A stretch of DNA of 64,000 nt from Octopus bimaculoides (lineage: Eukaryota), in assembly GCF_001194135.2 (NCBI RefSeq), contig NC_068994.1, positions 19,135,904 through 19,199,903 on the forward strand. The letters are read 5' to 3'. This document shows, one piece after another, positions 26,693 to 41,204 of the stretch. Position 1 is the stretch's first letter. Every line of letters starts with the position of its first letter. The translations under genes and the position numbers were made by a program. The notes under the pieces were generated by a model. The model saw only the letters and a program-made list of their open reading frames with translations. It searched no databases and was not told the origin of the DNA.

Positions 26693-29600
26693 AATAATAA
26701 TAATCATGATGATGATAATAAAAACAACAACAACAACAGCAATTCTTTCTTATATAGGTAGAATTTTTGTGCATGTGTGTGTGTGTGTGGGGGGTGATAG
26801 TTGATTACATTACAAGAATTAATTTCTTTATTAGCCAACAGGGGTTGACAAAAACATTAAAGATGGTACAGGATAATACAGTGTGGGATTACATAATTTA
26901 AACAAAGAATAATTACCCAAAGGGGAAAAGTTCTCCAAATATTATTCGTGGAAACTCCACAAAAGTGGTCACCCTGACCGTGAAGGCAAGTTCTCTCTCT
27001 TTGTCTTTCCCCAATCTACAAGTGTATGCTCAGTGCAGGCCTGTAGACTTGGACCAATCTCACCACCCTAATCTTCCGTTCAACAAATTTGCTGAGAGGC
27101 AGCACTTCCCTTCCCACCCTTTTTTCTATTTCAAATGAAACTTGAAAATGCTGATAATTTCCAGAAATCCCAGACTTAACAATTCTACCAGGAAGCATTG
27201 CCAGTTTAACAAACTCTACAGAAATACCATCGGCCAGGCCTGTCTGAAATGCTGAGTGACAAAATTTCAATAGTCATGCCTGTTTATATATTGAGTGTAT
27301 ATATTGAATGGATAAAAATAAAATAAAATAACAAAAGGAATTTCCCATCCCACCCTAATCTTGTCTTTAGTACAGCCAGGCCAAGAACTTTTGGAAGTTG
27401 TCCATGATTATTGACCTGAATGGCTTCTAACAGAGACTATTCAGGTTGTCTTCATCAACACCCCATCTACCAGTCATCTATAAACTGCTTCAATCTTTAT
27501 CTCATTATAGTAAGAAACGATGGTTAAGATTCAAAACATTCTGATACCAAAATATAGAATAACCAGCGGAGTAATATCAATGGTTTGTTGATTTCAACAC
27601 AATTTACATCATCATCAAAGTATCTTACAGTCTACCAGGAAATGTGATGGCTACATCATCTCAGTTTTAATGAGAATGGGTGTTGAAAATTAACAATTGT
27701 TACCATATTATTTGATGCCATGTTAGAATATAGGACACATCAGATAATGTACTCCTAGATACACTATGTCTGAAAAATATAAAGATGGGATGGTCATGGT
27801 TGGAATACATTTGATCGTAGGTCTGCTGAATTAGGACTAGTCTGGGACTAAAACAGTAATTCGCAACCATTTGTTACCTATGGACTCCCTTTTATTCCTA
27901 TTTTACTCTACTGGACCTTGATAGCCATTTGATGTTTATAAAAAAGATCCTACTGTATTTTTTATAATTAAATATTATTAGGAACTGTATAAAAAAAAAT
28001 TAAAACATTTTGTGTATTGTAGAAGTATAACCAATTTATGGTACGTAAATTTTAACATCAAAATCTTATATGAACCTGAAGAAGAAGGGGAGGTCTATGT
28101 AAGATTTTGTATGTATGCTTCTAGGCAAAAGCAAGAGATTAGCCATTCACATAAAAAAAGGTACTGGATTCTCTCGGCTGTGGGGTTTCAATAAACCTTA
28201 AATGCAAGGATGACTTCACAACTGAGAATTTTGTTTTGCAATAAAACAAAAAACAACATTTTTTGTTTCAAGGGAGATAAGTCGTACTAATATACCGAAG
28301 AGTTATTTTTCGTCGTTTTGAGTATCTAATCGAGTTTTGTTATTGAATGAGAGAGGATCGATAAATATTTATTGATTAAAAACGTTCACAACACAGATCA
28401 ATCTATTTTATAGATATCATTTCAAAATTAAGAAAAAAAAAAAAATCCATTGATAATCCACTGAAGAAATTAAATAAAAGTAACTTTGCAAGAAAGTGGT
28501 GATTAACAGGAAGGTAAATTTAACACTTAAAGCAACACACTGTGGATATTGAATAAATTTTGATGTTCACGTAGCTAGTGTCCATACCTCTTTATATGTA
28601 CAGCGATTTGTTGAAGATTTTATCATAATAAACTTTATAATTTTGGTACAAGGTAAGGATTTTGAAGACTGAGGGAAGTCGATTACACCAACCCCAGTAT
28701 TTGACTGGTACTTATTTTATTGACCCCGAAAGGATGAGAGGCAAAGTCGACCTCAGAATATCATGATCTTTTCTATTCTAGGCACAAGGCACAAATTTTT
28801 TGGGAGGGTGGCCAGTCGATTAGATCGACACCAGTACGCAATTGGTACTTAATTTATTGACCCCAAAAGAATGAAAGGCAAAGTCGACCTTGGCAGAATT
28901 TGAACTCAGAATGTAAAGACAGACGAAATACCATTAAGCATTTCAAATGGCGTGCTAACGTTTCTGCCAGCTTGCCACCTTTCAGAATATAATATTGGTT
29001 TCAAATGTTGTCACAAAGCCAGCAATTTCGGAGTGGGGGGGGGGGAAGGGGCAGTAAGTGAATTACACTGACCCCCCCAGTGCTTTACTGGTACTTACTT
29101 TATTGACTCTGAAAGGAATGAAAGGCAAAGTTGACTTCAGTGGCATTTGAACTCAGAACGTAAGGACGTACGAAATATTGCTAAGCATTTTGCCTGGTGT
29201 TCTAATGATTCTGCAGCTCACCACCTTAATAATGATAATGGCTTCAAATTTTGGCACAAGGCCTGCAATTTCGAAGGGTAGGGGTAAGTCAATTACATTT
29301 ACCCCAGTGATCCCCTGGTACTTATTTCATCAACTCTGAAAGACAAATCAACCTCTGCAGAATTTGAACTCAGAATATAAGGACGAAAGAAATCCCGCTA
29401 AGCATTTTACCTTGCATGCTAACAATTCTGCCAGCTCACTGCCTTAGATTTTATCATATTACCATTCACCTGTGGAAATGCTTTGCATGTATGACCAATA
29501 GGATAAAAAGTTGTTTCTTTCGTAATAGCAAGTGGTCTTTGTCAAATGCCATTCAGCAATACTTACTGCATACGCATGGACATAAGTCTAGTGTTGACCA

Positions 29601-32532
29601 TATATCTGCAACAGTATGAGCAGACCTGGTCAAAATATTTGTAGAAGACCAACAGTTGCTGATGGATACAAGCCTTCCTTTTCCTTCTCATCATTAATGT
29701 TGCTCAAGGGAATGGCAAGTCTGACACAACCCAACCCCAGTGTCATTACTGTCAAAACACAAAGAGTTGGAATACATATCAGCAGAAATCCCATCCAGTA
29801 CTTCAACACTTCTGCCTTCTAGTTTTTTTAATTTTTATCAGCTCTTAAAAGACGAAAGGCAAAGGTGACCTTAATGGGATTTGAAGTCAGAATGCAGAGA
29901 GTCAGAACAAATACTAATCATGAGTGACGTTTCATCCAATTTTCTGACAACTCTGCCAATTTGCTGCCACAGAACTGTTTGATCTACTGAGTTACCTGCA
30001 CCTGAATTGATGTGTGCTCTATACATATTGTTGTTGGCACTCCGTCATTTACGACGTCAAGGGTTCCAGTTGATCCGATCAACGGAACAGCCTGCTCGTG
30101 AAATTAACGTGCATGTGGCTGAGCACTCCACAGACACGTGTACCCTTAACACAGTTCTCGGGGATATTCAGTGTGACACAGTGTGACAAGGCTGACCCTT
30201 TGAAATACAAGCACAACAGAAACAGGAAGAAAGAGTGAGAGAAAGTTGTGGTGAAAGAGTACAGCAGGGTTTGCCACCATCCCCTGCCGGAGCTTCGTGG
30301 AGCTTTAGGTGTTTTCACTCAATAAACACTCACAACACTCGGTCTGGGAATCGAAACCGCGATCCTATGACCGTGAGTCCGCTGCCCTAACCCCTGGGCC
30401 ATTGCGTCGCCACTCTATACATAACTCACAGACAGAACCAGTCTTGCACAGTATATCACAAAGCCGTACCTCTTCATTTACAGATATAATCCACTTGTCT
30501 ACTTAGTTTAACTCATAAGATATAAGTTACCCCAGAGGTTTCAGGGAATGACATTTGTTCAAAATGCCAAGCAGTGGAATTGAACCTGGGGCCTTGTAGT
30601 TGCAAAGCAAACTTCTTAACCTTAACATCTAGGCCATACTGTATCTCCACAGGTAAATATGTATGGATGTATGTATAAAAAAGTAATTTATTTACTTTTT
30701 GTTTTTTGTAATACAAAAGTATGAAGAAGCTAAAACAAAACAATTTTACATTTTTTGCAAATAGCCAAAAGAAGAGAAACAAAATGTTTTTGAAATTCCA
30801 AACTATTGTGATAAAATGGGTCTCTTACCAGTCCTCCAGAACATGACCGTCCATTGTGAATAAATACATTTTCCGGACAATATTCACCTTTCCCTGTGCA
30901 GTATTCATCTAAATCACATTCTCCTTCTTTAGGCCGACACACAGTTCCTGGGGGACGCAGCTGAAAGGATTTATCAAAACATAGGAATAACTTCATCCAG
31001 TATTTTCTCTCCAGCTAACTAACCATCTATGACTAGCAAACAGGTCAAAAGTGATAAGAAAACTCACAAAAGTCAAATTACAAGCATGTTTTCTTACACT
31101 GAGCAAAGACAATAGACTTCATGAGAGTTCCAATTATCCAATTTGCTATAGGAATAAGAACACTGATGATTCCAACAGTCACAACTACAACTTAAGACAG
31201 AAATTATTTTGAAAAAAATATGAAGAGTAAATCAACTAACCAACGTCTCTCTCTCTCTCTCTCTCTCTCCGACTGAGTAATGATGGAGCTCCTCTACAAC
31301 AAGACACTTGTTTCTATTCCTCTGTCACACTCTAATCTCTCATCACTTGGAACAAGGCCACCTCCTCCAATGACTCCCCCCCCCCACCTTTGCTCTCAAA
31401 AGATCTTTGTCTTGCAAGTTACTTGGTGATCCTGCCAGTGCTGGTGCCACATAAAAAGCATCCAATCCCCACTGTAAAGTGGTTGGCATTTGGAAAGGCA
31501 TCCAGCTGTAAAAACCATGCCAAAGCAGATCTCACCAGAGCTGGTGCCATGTAAAAAGCACTCAGTTCACTCTGTGGGCTGGTTGGTGCTAGGATGTGTG
31601 TCCAGCTGTAAAAACCATGCCAAAACAAGCAGTGAAGCCTGGTGCGGTCTCCTGCTTAGCCAGCTCCTGTCAAACTGTCCAACCCATGCTAGCATGGAAA
31701 ATGGACATTAAATGGTGATGATGTATGGGCTGTGTATCAGAGGTAAATGCCCAGAAAATCCACAATCTAATTTCAATTCCTATTGAAGCTATGACAAGCA
31801 AAAACTATAAACTTTACAAGTTCATTATATTTTGTCCTTACTGAAAATGCAGTACACTTTATGCTTAGACAGAATGAATAAATATTCTATTTATCCTACA
31901 TATGAGAAATAAAATCAACCATTTAATTCTTTTAATATCAATCATCTCAAATAGGGTACATTAAAATGATTAAAATTTGTTCATATGCAAGTGATAATCT
32001 TAATAGAAAATTAATTATAAAATGGGATTTTAGTTAGTCAAAGGTAGTGTACTATGTATACCAAAACTATAAAAATATTTTCTTAATCTTCTCCAATGTC
32101 TTCATTATAATGAAGATAATTTGAAACATTTAGGCAGTTTATCAAATAGAAATGTAATCACAAAAGGATTAATTTCTTTATAACAAGTAGTCTGATTACC
32201 TTTCTGGAGTTTGAGTGAAAAGGAAAATGGGAACTGTGATATTCCAAGGGCATAATTAAAACATAAATGAAATGAAATAAATGAAATTCAAAATAAAAAA
32301 ATAATAATAATCTGACAGCAGAGTAATTTAATGTAGAGTAGTTAGCACTTCACAGTTCTCATGTCATAAAGTATATATATAATGCAATGCGTAACTCACC
32401 TGACATGTATTAAGATTACAACATTTCCCTGTAGCACACACAGCATTGCCTTTCAGTTTACAAGTTGTAGGTTCACAACATTTGTTATCACATACCTGAA
32501 TTGGATAGACATAAACTTCATAAGGTTTACTG

Positions 32533-32568
<36 letters not shown>

Positions 32569-35500
32569 AAAAGACAAAGCTGATCTCAGTATGAATTAAC
32601 TCAAGAATCAATTACTTATAAAACATCAAGTCAGTTTATGATTTGCATGAAATCCACATCTTTTTCTTTTCCATCCACCCCATCGACGCAGATTTGACAA
32701 TGATGATGTGGATAATATGTTAAGAATGAGTTACATTATGGAATAAAACAAATAATATTGATTTCTAACTTATTCACAAGGTCATGAAGACAGTGGGTGA
32801 GTAATTAACTAATACTCACTATTTTTTTTCTGACTAATACTTATTATAATGCTATAAAATAAGTAAATCTAATATAATATTTAAAAATAACATTGACATG
32901 ACATATTTCTAAACTTCTGCAAGTATAAATACTGTAAAAATAAATATATTGGTTTTGAATTTCAGTACAAGGCCAGCAAGTTTAGGGATGGAGGTGGGAT
33001 TAAGTTAATTAAATTGATCCTATTGCTCAACTGGTACTTATTTTATCAACCCTGAAAGTTTGAAAGGTAAAGTCGACCTCAACGGAATTTGAATTCAGAA
33101 CATAAGGATGGCCAAGACGTCACTGAGCATTTTGCCCAGCATGCTAACAATTCTGTCAGCTCACTGCCTTACAGTAAAATAGATATATTAATGTGGTTAC
33201 AGTTAATTCATCACTTGTGCTTAAGAGAAAGCCCTAAAATGTATGATATTTCTACATGGAAATATTTGCGTTGAATTGATCTCCATCATCATCATTGGCA
33301 TTTTATTTCAGAATTTGACAGCAAAAATTTTCAAGTATCAACAACATCAAAGTTCGCTTTTATAGACTTGTACTTATTTTACACCTATATAATTCCTTTT
33401 TACCATGGTGTTACAAGTTACAAAAGTTGGAAACTGACTTAATTTTATTAAACATAGAAATTTATCCTCCTTTTTTTTTTTCCAATTGTTACAATGCTCA
33501 CAGGTGGAAGAGGGTGGGTGCTTTCCATTATGAGAAACACTGTGTAATAGGACTACAACTGTGTGTCCTTCTTTGTGCATCAATCCCATTTTGTTTATCA
33601 ACAAATTATTCAAAATAAAACTGTACATTTATACTTAATGCACTTGTGTTCATTTCAAGTGAGGAAAGATGCTCACAGAACTAATTTTCTAGAAAATATT
33701 TTGTTTGGTGCCACATAAAAAGCACCCAGTACACTCTGTAAAGTGGTTGGTGTTAGGAAGGACGTCCAGCTGTAGAAACTAAGCCAAAACAGACTATGGA
33801 ATTTGATGTGGCTCCTAGCCTTGTCAGTTCCTGTCAAACTGTCTAACCCATGCCAGTCTCGAAAATGGACATTAAATGTTGATGATGATTGATGATGATG
33901 ACAACCTGTGGAAAAACACACCAAGGTAAGATTTGAATGATGTAACCGAACTGTAAGACAACAGCAGTAAACATCTTCCCACATCTGAGTGTACACAAGC
34001 ATGTTATATATAAATGTACATAGTTTTATCTTTATTGTCACTGCTTAGAGGGCTTAGAGTTGACAAAGCTTTCCACATGTCACCAAATGGGTGTCTTACT
34101 GTTTAACCCTTTAGGGTTCAGATTACTCTGTCTTATTCATTTGCATTGGCTTGAATTTATCTTGCATTAACTCATAGCTTTGAGATGTTGATGATATGGT
34201 TGTTTATTTTTCGACTGACATTTTATGGTAGGCATGAGAAGCTGGATCTGGCCAGTTTGAACATAAAACAAGTAGAATATTTAGGCTGGATATGACCAGT
34301 TTGAATGCTAAAGGGTTAACATCTAAGAATGGCAATTTTTACTGAGCTATGACCAGCTGAAGCAGTGTCTGTAACTGATGAAGTCTTACCACACAGAAAC
34401 CACTAGCATAGCTTGTTGTAGGCTATAAGCCTGTATAGACTGTATTGAAATCATATAAAAGTGGTTTTAATGTTGGGACACGGATACTACTCACAGTTAA
34501 ATGCAACAGTCGAAATAATCACTGTGCAATATGTATTTCTTGAGGGGGCCCAGGGGCAACAAACTGAAGGGCTGCTCTGGGCAGCACACACTCTAGCTAC
34601 ACCACTGACAGAAACTGGCAGAAACGTTAGCACGCCGGGCGAAATGCTTAACTGTATTTCGTCTGCCGCTACGTTCTGAGTTCAAATTCCGCCGAGGTCG
34701 ACTTTGCCTTTCATCCTTTCGGGGTTGATAAATTAAGTACCAGTTACGCACTGGGGTCGATGTAATCGACTTAATCCCTTTGTCTGTCCCCTCTATGTTT
34801 AGCCCCTTGCGGGCAATAAATAAATAAGAAACATGTATGTTACAGTGCAATGACATCATATAGAGCCAATAATGTGTTTTTATATATAAAGTCTATATGG
34901 AGAATATTTTCTTTCAGACAATTACTACTGCAAATGTCTTTCCACTTTTCAAAGTACACAAACATATCAGCTATAAATGAACACAGCTTTAATTGTCAGT
35001 GTTAAGGATATCTATTTTTATTGTTTTCCTGCTCCTCTTCAATACTCCTAGCCTCTCTTCTAAAATGTAGCTCTTTTACAACGAGAAACTTGTCCTGCTC
35101 TAGCCTCTTCTCTTAAACATGTACTCCCCATCACTCAATATAAGGCTGCCCTTTCGGGGTTCAATGTCTTGCAAGCTGTATGGTGATCTCACTAGTGTTG
35201 GTAGCATGAATAAAGCACCAGCACAAACTGTAAAGTGTTTGGAAGGGTGTCCAGCTGTAGAAACCATGCAAAAGCAAATACAGGAGCAGGATGCATCCCA
35301 GGGGCTCATTGTTAAAGTGTCCGACTCATGCCAGTCTGGAAGACAAACATTAAATGATGATGATGATGATGATGATGACAATGATAGTATTAGACATAGT
35401 ATTTACATACCTCTGGCAATCCACAATCACATTCTTCACCATCTTCAACAAAGTTATTTCCGCATGATGTGTGAAACAAGGATTCAGGCTTGTTATATAA

Positions 35501-38500
35501 ACAATAATCCATGCCCATCTCAAAGGCTTCTTTTATTGCTTCTTTCGAACAACTTGACCATTTTGGAGAGCTTCTATCACTATTAAATAGAAACCAGAAA
35601 AATACTGGAAATATTAGTATTTTTTAAAAATTAGATGTTTTTCAAGCTTGGTTGAATGAAATACTGTTTATTTTCTGAAATGAACAATTAAAACTGATAT
35701 TGTATAACATTCATTGAGATAGGTATAAATGTTTCTTCTATTTAACAGTTGGGTTGGTCTCTTCAGATCAGGCATTCTAACTATAATCATTCTACATTTT
35801 GTTTTGAGCATTGAATATCTAGGATTACATTAAGCCAATGTTTCCTTCCTTTCTTGTTTTTTTTCTAAGATGGTAGGGTGTAATTTCAAAGGAGATTCAA
35901 AATAGAACAAATAATCATGTAAGACTTCTTCACTGGCTTGAAGCATTACAGGACTTTCGGGTGAGTACAGCTCTATAGGAAGAAGTGCTTTGTTTAGGGG
36001 ATTATGAAAGGAGCGAGATGGGAAAAAGAATGGATTTGATTTAGAAGTGAAGTGATATGCAATTTAAGTAATTCACTGGAACAAAGACCATGTAGTAACG
36101 CCTGCGCATGCGTAAAATTAATAAAGCGAGCGTCTCCCGCTCAATTCATTCTCTTTCTCGCTGGCCAGCGATTGAGCATGGACGTGTGTTTAAAAGCTGT
36201 CCCTACATCTTTCGGTCTTATACTCGACATCTCGTTATTCTCACCTCTAAAGATGTATAACTAAAGATTTGTATGTTTTACCAAGTAAATAAATGTTGTT
36301 TGAGTTGTTTAGTCTGGAGTTCAGCGTACCGTCAATTTCTTCAATTTTATAGTAGAAAGTCAGGTATACAATCTAAAGATGTATAACCCACTTTCTACTA
36401 AAACCATTTCAAGGTTGTCGTGAGAAAAGAGATGCAGAGAAGGCATAGTTCTACAGTGTAGAGTTTAAAAACTTGCCAAGGCAGCTATCTTTTTCTTGAT
36501 TGTACTGTAGAATGTGTATTTGAAAGGTGCTATCAATTTATAAATACTGGAGACCTGCTTTCCTACATCAGGTAATGATGGTCTCTTGTTCTTAAAATCT
36601 CCACAAGCACATATCACTCACTATTGTTGGTGTGAATGCTTCTAAGTAAGGTTGCCACAGATAGAATTACTTATAATGGAATTACTCATCAGACTGCTCC
36701 ATTGTAACATCAATGGAGCTCTCTCTATCATAGACTTTGTCAATTCTGGTGTGTCTCAGTGTTTGTTTATGCCACCTAAATTCTTTCTTCTGTACATTAA
36801 TGACCTCAATTATACGTGTAGTTGCACACATTCCTTCACATGTGATATCAAACTTAGCTCTTCTTTAACCTTCTCCACTCAATCTCATCAGTACACAACC
36901 ACAAAAAACATGCCCATAATCAATACTGAATAGCCAGAGAAATGAAACAAAACCCTTGAGAAAAGTAATCCTTATAAAAATTTTAATAAATATACAGAAA
37001 CACACTGGTGTGTTTATACATCTATTCCATGTGAGTGTGTTAATGTATATATATATATATATAAATGTTAGATGATAACCAGTCATTCAAGAGGTGTAGT
37101 TATTTAATTTTATTATTAATTAGATGAATACAAACGAAAAGAATTATTACAAAACTAATTTCTTGTTTCTCATTTGTCTTCTATAGCAAATAATACTTAC
37201 CCACTCGTTGCTTCCATGATACACTTGGCAGATTCTCCTGGGCAGACACAGGTGGTGCGATCATGAAGCATTCCTAAATTGTGTCCAAGCTCATGAGCTA
37301 CTGTCATGGCTACACTTGCCACTGTAGAGTGAATGTGGTCCTAGAAGTAAGAGAGTAGTTTCAGCTTAGAAATCAGAGATAAGAAAGTTCTTTACAAATT
37401 ATTATTGCTCATCAAACAAACATATTGTTGTAGCATTCCAGCCATGACTATTCCATCAGAGTGTCTCTATGCCTACATTATATAATGTGTCATTTTTGTA
37501 TGAGGTGAATTTAGCTGCTCCTCCTAGCAGATTGAGCAACATTACAGAGGGTCCCTTGCTGTTGTATTTACTATTTTGTAAAGGCTTACCCAAATAACAC
37601 TGCTTTATTAAGGAGATGAAGGCAGTGAGCTGGTAGAATGTAAGCATACCAAATGAAAATCTTGTACGGAATGTCCTCCGTCTTTATGCTCTAAGCTCAG
37701 ATTCTGCTGAGATCAGATTTTGCCTTTCGTCCTTCCAGGGTCAATGAAAAAATACCAGTCAAGTAATGGGTTCAAAGTAATCGACTGGTCCCCTCATCCC
37801 AAATTTCCTAGACAGTTTGGTAGACGGAAACTGAAAGAAGCCCGTCGTATATATGTATATATATATATGTGTGTGTATATGTTTGTGTGTCTGTGTTTGT
37901 CCCCCCAACATCGCTTGACAACCGATGCTGGTGTGCTTACGTCCCCGTAACTTAGTGGTTCGGCTAAAGAGACCGATAGAATAAGTACTAGGCTTACAAA
38001 GAATAAGTCCTGGGGTCGATTAGTTTGACTAAAAGGCGGTGCTCCAGCATGGCTACAGTCAAATGACTGAAACAAATAAAGAGAGAGTGATGTAAAGCAA
38101 AAATAAGTTTCTGGTGAGCTGAATTCTTGACTCAGAATTCAATCTCTGAAGCCAAAATGCTCCATACCTTCAATAAAGACAGGAATATTTGTGGCTTTGT
38201 GTTAAAGTCAGAAGTCACTGGTAGCTAAGAACATAAAGCAACAGTCTAAATGTTTTTCACTATTTTAATAGTCTTAAAATAGTCCCTCCCCATTTTGAGA
38301 TCAAATGTGGCTACAATATTCCATTAAAGAAACAAAGTACTCTGTTTTTATCTCTGGTGAACTCTAAGTAAGAAAATCCACAACCCTGTTTCAAACCTAG
38401 TTTCATGATTTCCCTCTATTTCTATAACATTGTAATAAAATTTTAATTTTTATCTTTGGTCAGTAAGTGTTATTTTCTATTTGCTTTTATCTAGAAATCA

Positions 38501-41169
38501 AAGGAAATGACTACTATTCCCTTCAAACTTTGCTTTTGTGATCTGGACATCAAGGTCTTGAAACTGACCTATTTTCCATTACATTTCAAGCAGATCCAGT
38601 GCTGAGTTGCTAAAGAAACATTGTTATTACAAATATTAGATTTATGAACCCTAAAATTCACTCCATAATTGCCCACAGGCATATGGCATAGTGGTTAAGA
38701 GCACAGGCTACTAACTCCAAGATTTCAAGTTCGATTCCAGGCAGTAACCTGAATAATAATAATAATAATAACATCGAAAAATACCTTAGGAATGAGAACC
38801 CAGGTTCGAAATTTCCCCAAGACACCTGATAAAGGCTGGAGGGTATATCAGCTGAAACATTGTGTTAACAACAAACAAGATGAAGACAAATATCCATCAA
38901 ATGTAAATAATGAATAAATATTCTATTCAATACTACAGATTTGCTTGTCAGTTGCTTGACCTTCACCAGCTGAGCATGTCTCTTAGTGGATGACATGTAC
39001 ATCTCTGATCATAAGCAGGAGTAGTGAGAGAGCATCATAGCCATGTGTTGAAGGAAAGTTTGAAGGAAATATTAGCTATTTTCACACTTTATAGGGGTAG
39101 CAAATAGCAAATAACAGTTACTACCCAAGGACAAAAATCATGTTACACAGTGTAATTAAAGCCTTTTGAAAAGGCAACTTCTCACTGTGAGCTTACAAAA
39201 TGTAGGCTTTGTAATTACATAAGGAAGAATTATTTATTTAGTGTCTATTCACATTCTAGGTTGTTTGATTATATTGTGGAATGCTCTAGACTAGAAAATG
39301 CTGAGATTAGACTGTTTACACAACAATATCAGATGTAGTGGTCATCTGATCAAGCAGAATTTCCTGAAATGGCTGATTTAATCAAACTATATTTTTGAGG
39401 TTAACAATGAATCAAGAAAGGATGCTTGATACATTGGGTTGTGTCAGGTATTCAGAGCTCTTTTATCAACTCAGAAATGTAGATGAATACAGTAATCCCT
39501 TGACTATTGCGGGTGTTATGCTCCAAAATTCCTGTGATAGGTAAAAATCCACAAATTAGAAACAGTACTGTACTGTATATAATTTTTATTATTCTTATAA
39601 TTTGCATATATTTATTTTATTATAAATGCAAAACAACACCATAGAAGAACCAACGTAAGCTTAAATAATAAACCACGATAGGTGAGGGATTACTGTAGCG
39701 CATTTATTGAGCAAGATGATCTGAGTACTGTTTAGGAGAGATCAGATGAAGGTATGTGGGTGATTGCACAGTACTTACAGGTAGGAGTTCATTAAAAACT
39801 CTAGATTCATTACAACTGAATCATCCTATAATGAAACCCCCCCCCCAAAAAAAAAAATTGAGTATATANNNNNNNNNNNNNNNNNNNNNNNNNNNNNNNN
39901 NNNNNNNNNNNNNNNNNNNNNNNNNNNNNNNNNNNNNNNNNNNNNNNNNNNNNNNNNNNNNNNNNNNNNNNNNNNNNNNNNNNNNNNNNNNNNNNNNNNN
40001 NNNNNNNNNNNNNNNNNNNNNNNNNNNNNNNNNNNNNNNNNNNNNNNNNNNNNNNNNNNNNNNNNNNNNNNNNNNNNNNNNNNNNNNNNNNNNNNNNNNN
40101 NNNNNNNNNNNNNNNNNNNNNNNNNNNNNNNNNNNNNNNNNNNNNNNNNNNNNNNNNNNNNNNNNNNNNNNNNNNNNNNNNNNNNNNNNNNNNNNNNNNN
40201 NNNNNNNNNNNNNNNNNNNNNNNNNNNNNNNNNNNNNNNNNNNNNNNNNNNNNNNNNNNNNNNNNNNNNNNNNNNNNNNNNNNNNNNNNNNNNNNNNNNN
40301 NNNNNNNNNNNNNNNNNNNNNNNNNNNNNNNNNNNNNNNNNNNNNNNNNNNNNNNNNNNNNNNNNNNNNNNNNNNNNNNNNNNNNNNNNNNNNNNNNNNN
40401 ATATATATTAGTATGCACATATCTGTACACTTATCTTGACATCACATGCTGGTTGCAAACAAGCATCACCATCATACCAGCAATGTCGTTCATTTCTAGT
40501 CTTCTGTGAAAAGAAGATATCGGATCATGGAGAAATATTACCATACCTGGAAACAGGTGAAGGTTAGTGACAGGAATGGCATCCAGCCATAGAAAATCTA
40601 CCCAAACAAAATTTCATCTGACTCATGCAAGCACAGAAAAGGCACACTATATGATGATGATGATGATGATGTCGATAATAGAAATATTTTGGAGGTGTTT
40701 TAGTAACACTTGCTGTATGTACACCCTCTGGCTATATAAGGAAAAGAATACCTACACTATTGACTCCACCAGATGATTGATGCATACATATTTTCCCTTG
40801 CGATGCCTTGCCAATAACGCCATTAGCAAACTTGAAACCTCTGTAAAATAGTAATAAAAAAAAAAAAAAAAAATTTAGAATCTATATTTTAATCAATAAT
40901 ACATTGTAAAGTAACTAGCATACCTGTGTTGTCAAAAATGCAAACTGTTCTATTAATGATAGAAAATGGCATATCAACGCAATAGGGAAAACCATTAATG
41001 AATGTCAACAATCTAATAAACATATGTATATACATTGAATTGAAGCAGTTGAAGAATCAGATACAATTGTGACATCTCGGTTGAAAATATCACCCACATA
41101 ATGTACGTTTGTGTGTGTGCGTGTGTGTGTGTGTATCATCTATCTATCTATCTCTCTATCTATTTTTAA

Positions 41170-41204
<35 letters not shown>

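Noticed and set aside
40912-40935. actagca-tacctgtgttgtc resembling a Helitron terminus near the exon 7 acceptor
   Set aside because: The hairpin is too decayed to support the call.
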